From NCBI GenBank assembly GCA_038250905.1, contig JBBSBV010000002.1, positions 71,403-135,402 on the forward strand: a stretch of DNA of 64,000 bases. The letters run 5' to 3'. The notes beneath the pieces were generated by a model, which did not search any database, was not told the origin of the DNA, and saw only the letters and a list, made by a program, of their open reading frames with translations. Positions 8,146-18,240 of this stretch are shown piece after piece. Each line of letters starts with the position of its first letter. Within the stretch, counting starts at the first letter, position 1. The translations under genes were made by a program, and so were the position numbers. This DNA comes from Acidimicrobiia bacterium (GTDB lineage: Bacteria > Actinomycetota > Acidimicrobiia > IMCC26256 > JAENVU01).

Positions 8146-10833
8146 TCACCCCCGTCGGGTGATCCGGGCGAGCCGCGATCGAGCTTGCCGGCCCTCGACG
8201 ATCGCGTCGCGGATCGCCTCCTTCTCGCTGCGCATGAGTTTTCTCCCGTCCCGGTTCGTCAGGGAGAACTGGTCGATCGCGATGCCGTCGCGGACCGAAA
8301 CGTCGGCCGCATGCACGCTCGCACCGCACGCGGCGAGTGCTGCGGACACGATCGCCAGCAGGCCCGGACGGTCGACGTGTCGCAGCTCGCAGATCGTGTA
8401 CCACGGCGATCCGGCATCGTCGAACGCAACGGTTGCATCCGCGAGCGCGGCGGATTCCACCCCCCGGCCGAGCTGATGCTCGATCGCGGACGCGAGCTGG
8501 CGCTCGTCGACGAGGTCCGCGCCGGGCCGGGGCTCGACGGTGAAGGTCTCGAGCGCAGTGCCGTCACCCCAGGTCGCGACCCGGGCGCTCACGACGTCGA
8601 GTTCGAACTCGGCGAACACACTGGTCACGGATGCGAGCAGACCTGGCTGGTCGCGGGCGATGACGTCGATCGCCGGGATCCGATCCGCGGTGGGCGAGAA
8701 GTGGACCCGCACCTCACGCCGTTCCGGCCGTGGTTCCAGCAGCTTCGCGTGGCGCACGACCCGCTCCGGAGCCTCGGCGAGCAGGTACGGCCACGGTGCG
8801 TGTTCGATCCGGTCGATCAGCACGGGATCGGATCCGGCCAGGCGAATCGCCTCGTCCCGACGGGTGGCAAACGCGTCGGAGGACCCGCTCGCGTCGAGTT
8901 CGTCGAAGGTCGCGATCACCCGCTGTAACAAGGTGTCGAGTCGGTCGCGGTCGACCGGGGTGAGCGAACCGATCGCCAGGTCGAGCAGGTACAGGGATCG
9001 GGCCCGATCACGCGTCATCAGGTGTGACGTCAGGGCGAGGACCGACGCCTCGGTCAAGCCGTCGCGTCGGGCCGAGACGCCCCGCAGGACGCCGTGGTCG
9101 GCGGAGAAGGCCAAGAGGTCGTCGTGCGCCCCGGACCCCAGGTCGAATCGATCCACGAGCGACCGCACCAGTTCGACCGGCGGATGCTCACCCGCGATGT
9201 CGATCACCAACGCCGCCAGGACGACGCCGTCGGGATGCTCGAGTCGTGAATGCACCGCCATCGCCATCGGGTCCTGGCGCACGAGCCGTTGCAACGAGTC
9301 GATCGTGCCGAACCGAACGACCCGGGTCGGGTCCACCATCTCGGGGTCACGGTGCCAACGTTCGACCGCGTCCGCCACCTCGGGGAGCGATCGCACCAAC
9401 ACGCCGGAGGTGTCGAGGAAGCGCCAACCCCGGTCGTTCCCGCGCACCAGGACCTCGACCAGCCGCGCCGTGGTCTCGGCCGTCCACGGAGCCGGATCCC
9501 CGAGCGCCAACCAGGTGACCAGCCGGCTCCCGGGTCTCGCGCCACTCGAGATGAAGAGCGCGGCGTCGAGGGCCACGAGGGTCTGCATCTCCTGAGGTGG
9601 ATTCGCGGCCAGGTCGACCACACCGTCGTCGACCCAGAGCCAGCCCGACGCCGGCATCGGGTCGACCGTCTCCGATCGCGCGGCACCGCGAAGCGCGCGC
9701 AGCCTCATCCGCAGCAGCGGAGGCGCCATCAGCGTGGTCACGAGCACGACGAGCAGCAGCGAGGCGTAGAGATCGCGTCCCAGGACGTGGTTCGACAATC
9801 CGATGGTGGCGAAGATGAGGCCGACCTCGCCGCGGGGGATCATCCCGATCCCGATCAACAACTTGTCCCCGGGCGAACCGAAGACCGCGACGGCCGATAC
9901 GAGCTTGCCGATCAGGGCAACGACCACGAGCACGCCGGCGACGCCGAGCACCGTGGGGTCCACGAATCGTTCCACCTGGGCCGCGATGCCGATCTGGAGG
10001 AAGAACACCGGCACGAACAGGTGGCCCACCGGCGTGAGGTCCCGGGCGATCCGCTCGCGCGATTCCGTACGGGAGAGTGCGAGCCCCGCCACGAAGGCAC
10101 CGACGATCGGCGCCAGCTTGGCGATGTCGGCGAGTTCGGCGAACGCCAACGCGAACGCGAGTGCCAACGCGACGAGGGTTCCGGCCGACCGCGAACGCCG
10201 CTGGATGAACCGGAACAGGACGGCGCCGAGCCGGCCCCCGAGCACGGTGGTCACCACGAGGAACCCGACCGCCAGCAACACGGTCGACGCGACCGTCGCG
10301 ACCGAAACGGAACCATCGGCCACGACCTTGACGACGATCGTCAGCAGCACCAGACCGAGGACGTCGTCGGCAACGGCCGCGCCGAGCACCGTACGGGCCT
10401 CGACCGTCGCCAGCGCACCGAGGTCGCTGAAGACCCGCGCCGTGATCCCCACACTCGTCGCGGCCAACGCCGCGCCGAGGAACAGCGCCGTATTCGACTC
10501 GTAGCCCATGGCAACGCCGGCGGCGTAGCCGCCGATGAGCGGGACCACCACGCCGAGGACCGCGACCGACACCGATGCTCGACCGACCGCGGCGAGATCG
10601 TCGATGTCCATCTCCATCCCGACCTGGAGGAGCAGCAGGATCACGCCGAGTTCGGCCAAGACGTCGAGGGCATTCGAGGAACCGACGAGACCCAGCAGCG
10701 ACGGCCCCACGATGACCCCGGCCACGATTTCGCCGACGACGGCGGGGATGTTGAGACGCTCCGCGATCTCCGCCGCGATCTTGGCCGCGATCAGGATGAA
10801 GAGGACGTCGCGCAGTACTTCGGTGGCGCTCAC
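8146..10833 (-). CDS. CPA2-family cation/proton antiporter fused to a GlnD-like C-terminal module (degenerate HD region + two ACT domains)
   Basis: N-terminus VLFILIAAKIAAEIAERLNIPAVVGEIVAGVIVGPSLLG plus about 12 TM segments. C-terminus has GlnD-like SARRDGLTEASVLALTSHL...SLYLLDLAIG and two ACT domains (DQPGLLASVTSVF..., DRPGLLAIVSAAL...). GTG 10833 forms a GTGA overlap with the upstream stop. Confidence 0.8.
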   Translation of the reverse strand: MSATEVLRDVLFILIAAKIAAEIAERLNIPAVVGEIVAGVIVGPSLLGLVGSSNALDVLAELGVILLLLQVGMEMDIDDLAAVGRASVSVAVLGVVVPLIGGYAAGVAMGYESNTALFLGAALAATSVGITARVFSDLGALATVEARTVLGAAVADDVLGLVLLTIVVKVVADGSVSVATVASTVLLAVGFLVVTTVLGGRLGAVLFRFIQRRSRSAGTLVALALAFALAFAELADIAKLAPIVGAFVAGLALSRTESRERIARDLTPVGHLFVPVFFLQIGIAAQVERFVDPTVLGVAGVLVVVALIGKLVSAVAVFGSPGDKLLIGIGMIPRGEVGLIFATIGLSNHVLGRDLYASLLLVVLVTTLMAPPLLRMRLRALRGAARSETVDPMPASGWLWVDDGVVDLAANPPQEMQTLVALDAALFISSGARPGSRLVTWLALGDPAPWTAETTARLVEVLVRGNDRGWRFLDTSGVLVRSLPEVADAVERWHRDPEMVDPTRVVRFGTIDSLQRLVRQDPMAMAVHSRLEHPDGVVLAALVIDIAGEHPPVELVRSLVDRFDLGSGAHDDLLAFSADHGVLRGVSARRDGLTEASVLALTSHLMTRDRARSLYLLDLAIGSLTPVDRDRLDTLLQRVIATFDELDASGSSDAFATRRDEAIRLAGSDPVLIDRIEHAPWPYLLAEAPERVVRHAKLLEPRPERREVRVHFSPTADRIPAIDVIARDQPGLLASVTSVFAEFELDVVSARVATWGDGTALETFTVEPRPGADLVDERQLASAIEHQLGRGVESAALADATVAFDDAGSPWYTICELRHVDRPGLLAIVSAALAACGASVHAADVSVRDGIAIDQFSLTNRDGRKLMRSEKEAIRDAIVEGRQARSRLARITRRG

Positions 10834-11318
10834 TTGGTCGGTTCGATGGCTTGCAAGAGGTACCCACGGGACCGCACGGTCCGGACCTCGAGCGCCAGGG
10901 CAGCGATACGACGGCGGAGTCGCACCATATGGACGTCGAGCGCGTTCCGTGACGGCAACCCGTCGGGCCACGCGCGGCGCCGCAACGTCTCCCGGCCTGC
11001 GACCGCCCCGTACCGCTCGATCAGGGGAACCGCGAGGGCCTGCTCCACCGGGGACAACGACACCCAGCTGCCGCGGAACCACAGCAAGCCGTCATCGTCG
11101 AGACGCGGGCGCTCGGTGCCCGATCGGGTGACCAACGCCGAGAGCCGGGCCCGGACGTCGCGGTCGTCGGCCGGGAGCCGGATCCAGTCCTCGAGTGGGT
11201 CGTTGCAGCTCGGTGGCGGCTCCCCCGGCTCGACGAGCAGCAGACGGGGCCGGGCTCCCTGTTCGAGCTCGGCGCGGCGCGTGGACTCTTCGGGCCAACG
11301 CAGTAAGACGACATCCAT
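10830..11318 (-). CDS. winged-helix (OmpR/PhoB-type) DNA-binding protein with a degenerate receiver-like N-terminus
   Basis: C-terminus LSPVEQALAVPLIERYGAVAGRETLRRRAWPD...ALDVHMVRLRRRIAALALEVRTVRSRGYLL. ATG 11318 chosen because TACTTT lies 6 nt upstream (leaderless-like). ATG 11351 is an alternative start. Confidence 0.6.
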   Translation of the reverse strand: MDVVLLRWPEESTRRAELEQGARPRLLLVEPGEPPPSCNDPLEDWIRLPADDRDVRARLSALVTRSGTERPRLDDDGLLWFRGSWVSLSPVEQALAVPLIERYGAVAGRETLRRRAWPDGLPSRNALDVHMVRLRRRIAALALEVRTVRSRGYLLQAIEPTK

Positions 11319-11489
11319 GCGGCCAAAGTAGGGAGGACAGATTTCCATCATGTTTCGAGCTGGTGAAGGGACGCGGTCCCGGCCACGTAGCCGCGTTGGA
11401 CCCCACCGACGGCGATTTTCGAACCCGGTGCAGCAAGATGCGCGCCGTAAGCTTCGGATCCCTGACGAACCGAGGAGTGAACGGCCGGC

Positions 11490-12893
11490 ATGGGTCAAAC
11501 GCTGAGCGAAAAAGTGTGGGAGCGCCACGTGGTCCGACGGGCCGAGGGCGAACCCGACCTGTTGTACATCGATCTCCATCTGATCCACGAGGTGACATCA
11601 CCCCAGGCCTTCGACGGTCTGCGACTCAGCCATCGGGGGGTTCGCCGCCCCGAGTTGACCGTCGCGACGATGGACCACAATGTCCCGACCTCCGGGCTCG
11701 AACTCGGGATCACGGACCCGGTGTCGCGGCGCCAGATCGAGGTCCTCGACACCAACTGTTCTGAGTTCGGCGTGAAGCTCTACGGCATGGGCGACCCCGG
11801 CCAGGGCATCGTCCACATCATCGGCCCCGAGCAGGGGCTCACCCAACCGGGCATGACGATCGTCTGCGGGGACAGCCACACCTCGACCCACGGTGCGTTC
11901 GGTGCGCTCGCGTTCGGCATCGGGACCAGTGAGGTCGAGCACGTCCTCGCCACCCAGACGCTGCCCCAGCAGAAGCCGGGCACCATGGCCATCACGGTCG
12001 AGGGCGCGCTCCCCGCGGGCGTCACGGCCAAGGATCTCGTGCTCGCGATCATCGGACGCATCGGCACGGGCGGCGGGATCGGCTCGGTCATCGAGTACCG
12101 CGGGGCCGCGATCCGAGCCCTGTCGATGGAAGGCCGGATGACCGTCTGCAACATGTCGATCGAGGCCGGAGCCCGGGCGGGTCTGATCGCGCCGGACGAG
12201 ACCACGTTCGAATACCTGCAAGGCCGGCCGTTCGCACCGAGCGGGGCCGACTGGGACGCCGCGGTCGCCGACTGGCGGTCGCTCGTCACCGACGCCGATG
12301 CCGAGTTCGACCGTGAGGTCGTCATCGACGCGAGCACGCTCCGCCCGTTCGTCACGTGGGGGACCAATCCGGCCCAGAGCGTGCCGATCGATGCCGTCGT
12401 CCCCGATCCCGCATCGCTCGAATCAGCGAGCGACCAGGAATCCGCCACCCGCGCGCTCCAGTACATGGGCCTGACGGCGGGGACCGCAGTACGTGACATC
12501 CCGGTCGACACCGTGTTCATCGGCTCGTGCACGAACGCCCGCATCGAGGACCTCCGCGCCGCGGCTGCGGTCGCGGCTGGTCGCCACGTGAAAGCCGGCA
12601 TACGCACGTTGGTGGTCCCCGGATCGTTCGCGGTCAAGGCGCAGGCCGAGGCCGAAGGCCTCGACGACGTGTTCCGCGCCGCCGGGTTCGACTGGCGCGA
12701 GCCGGGGTGCTCCATGTGCCTAGCGATGAACCCCGACAAGCTCACCGTCGGCGAACGGTGCGCGAGCACGAGCAACCGGAACTTCGAGGGCCGCCAAGGT
12801 CAGGGTGGGCGCACCCACCTCGTGTCGCCCGCGGTCGCCGCGGCCACCGCCATCGCCGGCCATTTCGCCACCCCCGAGGACTTGGAGCACTGA
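11490..12893 (+). CDS. leuC: 3-isopropylmalate dehydratase large subunit
   Basis: [15 protein letters not shown]...[17 protein letters not shown]...[22 protein letters not shown]...[11 protein letters not shown]...[10 protein letters not shown]. Confidence 0.92.
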   Translation: MGQTLSEKVWERHVVRRAEGEPDLLYIDLHLIHEVTSPQAFDGLRLSHRGVRRPELTVATMDHNVPTSGLELGITDPVSRRQIEVLDTNCSEFGVKLYGMGDPGQGIVHIIGPEQGLTQPGMTIVCGDSHTSTHGAFGALAFGIGTSEVEHVLATQTLPQQKPGTMAITVEGALPAGVTAKDLVLAIIGRIGTGGGIGSVIEYRGAAIRALSMEGRMTVCNMSIEAGARAGLIAPDETTFEYLQGRPFAPSGADWDAAVADWRSLVTDADAEFDREVVIDASTLRPFVTWGTNPAQSVPIDAVVPDPASLESASDQESATRALQYMGLTAGTAVRDIPVDTVFIGSCTNARIEDLRAAAAVAAGRHVKAGIRTLVVPGSFAVKAQAEAEGLDDVFRAAGFDWREPGCSMCLAMNPDKLTVGERCASTSNRNFEGRQGQGGRTHLVSPAVAAATAIAGHFATPEDLEH

Positions 12894-13489
12894 TGCAGGC
12901 CGTTCGTGAGATCGTCGCCCCCGGCGTACCGCTCGACCGGTCCGACGTCGACACCGACCAGATCATTCCGTCGGAATGGCTGAAGCGGGTGGAACGCACC
13001 GGCTTCGGCGCCGGCCTCTTCTCGGAGTGGCGCGAGCGGTCGGACTTCGTACTCAATCAGGACCGTTACGCCGACGCACGCATCCTCGTCGCCGGGCCGA
13101 ACTTCGGCACCGGATCGTCGCGCGAACATGCGGTCTGGGCACTGCAGGACTACGGCTTCCGGGCCGTGATCTCGTCCCGCTTCGCCGACATCTTCCGCAA
13201 CAACGCGCTCAAGGGCGGCCTGGTCCCCGTGACCCTGCCCGAACCGGTCGTCCGCACGATCATGGCGGCGATCGAGGACGACGCGGCGATCGAGATCGTC
13301 ATCGACGTCGTCGACCGCCGGGTCGCGGTTCCCGCGATCGGACTCGACGAGCCGTTCGTCCTCGACGACTACACCCAGCACCGCCTGCTCGAGGGACTCG
13401 ATGACATCGGCCTCACCGAGAAGTTCGTCGACGTGATCGACACCTTCGAGCAAACGCGTCCGAGTTACCTACCGTCGACGCGGGAGTAG
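12893..13489 (+). CDS. leuD: 3-isopropylmalate dehydratase small subunit
   Basis: DVDTDQIIPSEWLKRVERTGFGAGLFSEWR...GPNFGTGSSREHAVWALQDYGFRAVIS. The ATG overlaps the leuC stop (TGATG). Confidence 0.9.
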   Translation: MQAVREIVAPGVPLDRSDVDTDQIIPSEWLKRVERTGFGAGLFSEWRERSDFVLNQDRYADARILVAGPNFGTGSSREHAVWALQDYGFRAVISSRFADIFRNNALKGGLVPVTLPEPVVRTIMAAIEDDAAIEIVIDVVDRRVAVPAIGLDEPFVLDDYTQHRLLEGLDDIGLTEKFVDVIDTFEQTRPSYLPSTRE

Positions 13490-13501
13490 ACGCCAGGCTC
13501 G

Positions 13502-14692
13502 TCAGGCGACCTGCTCGGGGTAGAGCGCCTGGATCATCGACAGCGCGATGTCGCTCGTCGACGTGGACGAGTTCGTCGACCCGTTCCCTACGACAACGAA
13601 CGTTGCGTCGTACTTGGGGATCCGGTACATCGCGGTACTGAATCCCACGATTGCACCGTTGTGGCCGACGATGTCGTTGATACGTTCCACCCCGAGTCCG
13701 TAGCCCGCGTTGATCTTCGCGCCGTCGAACCGCCTGAACCGGAGTCGTTCGGCCTGCAGCCGCTCCGAGAGCAGCGATCCGTCGGCCAGGACCCGGCTCC
13801 ACTCCTCGAGATCGTCCACCGCCGAGGTCATGGCCCCCGCCGTCCATGCCGCGTTCGGGTTCACGTTGCCGACGGCGGCGGGCGGTACCGAAAACCCCGC
13901 TTCGGTGGGGAGGTAACCGGTCGGGTGGGGCCGCGGCAGGGTCGGGGTCAAGGGGAAGACCGTCTGGGTCAGCTTCGCCGGCTCCACGACGCGCCGGTTG
14001 ATCACGTACCCGGCGGTTTCGGCGGTGACCTGCTCCAAGATGAGCCCGAGCAGGATGTAGTTGCTGTCGGAGTAGACGGTCTTGGTCCCCGGGACGAAAT
14101 CCGGTGAGTGTTCACGCATGATCTTGACGGCCTGCTGGGGAATCCACGGTCGCGCCGGGTCGGCGACGAACGCGGTGGCGAAGTTCGGGTCCGAGGTGTA
14201 GTCGTAGATGCCCGAAGACATCGCGAGCAGATCGCGGATCGTCACCTTCTTGCCGTTCGGGATCCCCGGCACGTACCGGTCGAGCGTGTCGTCGAGGGCC
14301 AGCCGCTTCTGATCGACCAATTGCAGGACCGCAGTCGCGGTGAACGTCTTGGTGATGCTCGCGATCCGGACGTGGTCGGCGAGCGCGTACGGCCTGCCGG
14401 TCGTGACGTCGGCCAGGCCGAGGGTGGTGTCCCATCGCCGGCCGTCGATCACGACCCGTACGCCGACGCCGGGCATGCCCGACTTCGCGAACCCGGCGGC
14501 GAGGATCACGCCGAGCTTCTGCTTGGTCGCCGCGTCCAGCGTCACCTTCACTGCGCCGGGGGCGACCACCGTCGTGCTGGTGGGCGCCGGTCGTGATGTG
14601 GTGGACGACGATCGGTCCGTGCTCGACGCGCAGGCTCCGCCCACCAGCACGAGGACCAAGGTCGTCACGATCAGGCCACGCGCCCGGATCAT
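13502..14692 (-). CDS. serine hydrolase, beta-lactamase/DD-peptidase family lipoprotein
   Basis: Signal and lipobox MIRARGLIVTTLVLVLVGGAC; SxxK motif ASITKTF; YSDSNY; GHNGA. The ATG overlaps the upstream stop (ATGA). Confidence 0.8.
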   Translation of the reverse strand: MIRARGLIVTTLVLVLVGGACASSTDRSSSTTSRPAPTSTTVVAPGAVKVTLDAATKQKLGVILAAGFAKSGMPGVGVRVVIDGRRWDTTLGLADVTTGRPYALADHVRIASITKTFTATAVLQLVDQKRLALDDTLDRYVPGIPNGKKVTIRDLLAMSSGIYDYTSDPNFATAFVADPARPWIPQQAVKIMREHSPDFVPGTKTVYSDSNYILLGLILEQVTAETAGYVINRRVVEPAKLTQTVFPLTPTLPRPHPTGYLPTEAGFSVPPAAVGNVNPNAAWTAGAMTSAVDDLEEWSRVLADGSLLSERLQAERLRFRRFDGAKINAGYGLGVERINDIVGHNGAIVGFSTAMYRIPKYDATFVVVGNGSTNSSTSTSDIALSMIQALYPEQVA

Positions 14693-15537
14693 CGGGTGAG
14701 CGCGACCGTGACGATGATCGCGTTGTAGACCGCATGGGTGAACATGCCCGGTCCGAGCCGCTTGAAGCCGTAGCGGAGCGTCCCCAGGAGTGCGCCGACG
14801 GGTGCGATGATCAGGAAGACGCCGAGGTTGCCGCGGGCGTCCGTCGGCCCGAGGTGCACGAGGCCGAAGAGGATCGCCTGAGCGATGATGCCGATCGGCG
14901 CGCCCCACCGGCTGACGAGTCCGCTCATCACCAGGCCGCGGAAGAACATCTCCTCCACGAACGGCGCCCCGATCACCGCGATGAAGACGATGACGACGAC
15001 GGTGAGTGGCCCCCGCCGGAGCGGATCGACCAGCGAACTGCGATGCGGCTCGATGCCGAGTGCGAGCAACAGGCGAGCGATCAGCGACACGCCGATGAGC
15101 GCCGCGATGCCGAAGCCAAGGCCGAGTGCGAGGTCGACGCCGCGCACCCGGAATCCGAGATCACGCAGCGATCCGGTGCCGTGCTTGCGTACCGCGATCA
15201 CACAGGCGCCGAGCAGGCCGGTCCACAGTCCGAACTGCGCCGCGAGTGCAACCAGCGGATTGCCGGGTTCGATGCCGGTCCACACGCGCACCAGGTAGAC
15301 GAGGACCGACAGTGCGACACCGACGAACACGCCGCCGAACGCCAACCAGCCGGCCCGGATCGGTCGACTCTCGTCGACGGGCCCGGAAACCGGCAGCGGC
15401 ACGAGGCCGAACGCCGAACTGCCGTACCAGTGGTCGGTGTAGCCGGTCCACGCGTTGCCGTCCCACCACCGCCACTGCGCGATGTGCCACGGATCGGAGT
15501 ACCAACCGGATGGCGGCAGCACCGGGGACGTGGTCAC
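14689..15537 (-). CDS. CPBP (CAAX-type) intramembrane protease with N-terminal DUF2510-like motif
   Basis: GWYSDPWHIAQWRWWDGNAWTGY (DUF2510-like). CPBP motifs VEEMFFRGLV and ILFGLVH. Multi-TM. GTG start at 15537. Confidence 0.8.
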   Translation of the reverse strand: MTTSPVLPPSGWYSDPWHIAQWRWWDGNAWTGYTDHWYGSSAFGLVPLPVSGPVDESRPIRAGWLAFGGVFVGVALSVLVYLVRVWTGIEPGNPLVALAAQFGLWTGLLGACVIAVRKHGTGSLRDLGFRVRGVDLALGLGFGIAALIGVSLIARLLLALGIEPHRSSLVDPLRRGPLTVVVIVFIAVIGAPFVEEMFFRGLVMSGLVSRWGAPIGIIAQAILFGLVHLGPTDARGNLGVFLIIAPVGALLGTLRYGFKRLGPGMFTHAVYNAIIVTVALTR

Positions 15538-15597
15538 GTGATTGATCCTGCCACTCGCCCGGGCGGCGCCCTGACCGAGAAGGCCGCGGCGCCGCGG

Positions 15598-15726
15598 TCA
15601 GGCGGGAATCTGGTCGAGCGCGCGCTCACGATAGAGCGCCTCGTCGACGGCGACGCCGAGCTCGACGGCCAGCTCCCGGGTCTGATCCCGGTCGAAGAGA
15701 TAAGTCAGGAACTCGTGGTAGTTCAT
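15598..15726 (-). CDS. small hypothetical protein (42 aa), not in the ORF track
   Basis: MNYHEFLTYLFDRDQTRELAVELGVAVDEALYRERALDQIPA. GGGAGG lies 8 nt before the ATG, most third codon positions are G/C, and it sits 60 nt upstream of the CPBP gene. Confidence 0.45.
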   Translation of the reverse strand: MNYHEFLTYLFDRDQTRELAVELGVAVDEALYRERALDQIPA

Positions 15727-15800
15727 TTCGTGTGCCTCCCAAGTCAGCCAATACCCAGATCAGGTATCGGTCGGGAGTTCGCCAAACCTTGAGAGGTTTC

Positions 15801-16462
15801 TCAGGGACCGCCCTGAAACCCTTTTCTCCCACCCATCAACGCGAGCTCGCGCCATTTCCAGTGGCAGTCGACCTGATCGAAGCCGATCTCGCGCAGCCAG
15901 CCGAGTTGGAGGTCGAGCGGCGCGAGCTGATTCGACGGGTCGTCGTCGGCCGGACCACGCCCGAGTGCCGCCAGGAAGTCGACGTGCAGTTCGGGCGTCG
16001 GCGACGCGACGTGCTCGAGGTTCAGGAACACGCCTCCGGGTTTCAGGGCAACGAACACTTCGCCGTAGAGCATTCGCTTGCGCGGATCGGGAAGGTGATG
16101 GATCGCGAACGAGCTCACGACGAGGTCGAACGTCCCCCACGTCGGCGGCAACGGCACATCGAGATCGTGCTCGACGACCTCGACCGCTGAATCGGTGGCG
16201 AAGCTCGCCCGAGCCGCGGCGAGCATCGATACCGAGAAGTCCACTGCGACACCCGACGACCGCGGACGAAGCTCGCGCACCAACGCCATCGTGATGCCAT
16301 CACCGGTGCCGAGGTCGAGGACCCGCTCGACCTCGGCCGGCACGAACTCGGCGAGGACCGTCATCGCCTGGCTCTGGTAGGGGATCGCCTCACGGTGGGC
16401 CAGATAGGCCCGGGCATGGTCCGCGTCCACCCAACGATTCACCCGAGGGACCTCGGCAGTGC

Positions 16463-16466
<4 letters not shown>
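15801..16466 (-). CDS. class I SAM-dependent methyltransferase
   Basis: Motif I VLDLGTGDGITMAL and post-I DLVVSSFAIHHL. The ATG overlaps the leuA stop (ATGA). Confidence 0.8.
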
Positions 16467-18004
<1,538 letters not shown>

Positions 18005-18060
18005 CGGGTTCCCTCTCTGGAGTTGTGTTCGGTTCGGCGTCGTCGTGCCGGAAATTCGGC

Positions 18061-18126
18061 AAACAAAAACCCTCCCGGCCCGAAGGCACGAGAGGGTGAA
18101 GGCGAGCGGCCTCTTGGCGCTCGCCT
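18061..18126 (-). promoter_or_regulatory. transcription attenuator upstream of leuA (hairpin + UUCG-loop terminator + U run)
   Basis: Minus-strand RNA: AGGCGAGCG-CCAAGAGGC-CGCTCGCCT (18100-18126), spacer TCA, CCCTCTCGTGCC-TTCG-GGCCGGGAGGG (18070-18096), then TTTTTGTTT (18061-18069). 56 nt before the leuA ATG. Confidence 0.6.
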
Positions 18127-18168
18127 CTACGTAAGGAGCAGGTTCTGGATGCGGGAAGTGCACGACAT
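18127..18168 (-). CDS. putative Leu-rich leader peptide MSCTSRIQNLLLT
   Basis: ATG TCG TGC ACT TCC CGC ATC CAG AAC CTG CTC CTT ACG TAG. Three consecutive Leu codons, and the stop abuts the first attenuator hairpin. Confidence 0.5.
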   Translation of the reverse strand: MSCTSRIQNLLLT

Positions 18169-18240
18169 AGAAATGCCAGTCTCGCACGGATCCGCAGTGG
18201 GGTCAACGTCATTTCCGACCAACCGTGCGACAATGGCGGC

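Noticed and set aside
11352-11489. A leader peptide, T-box or riboswitch upstream of leuC, by analogy with leuA and leuB.
   Set aside because: I found no short ORF enriched in Leu/Ile/Val, and no hairpin plus U-run terminator in this interval.
15571-15600. The hairpin CTGACCG...CGGTCAG at the end of the 42-codon ORF as a terminator separating it from the CPBP gene.
   Set aside because: It has a short 7-bp stem, a large loop and no U tract, and it overlaps the stop codon. That is not enough to call a terminator.
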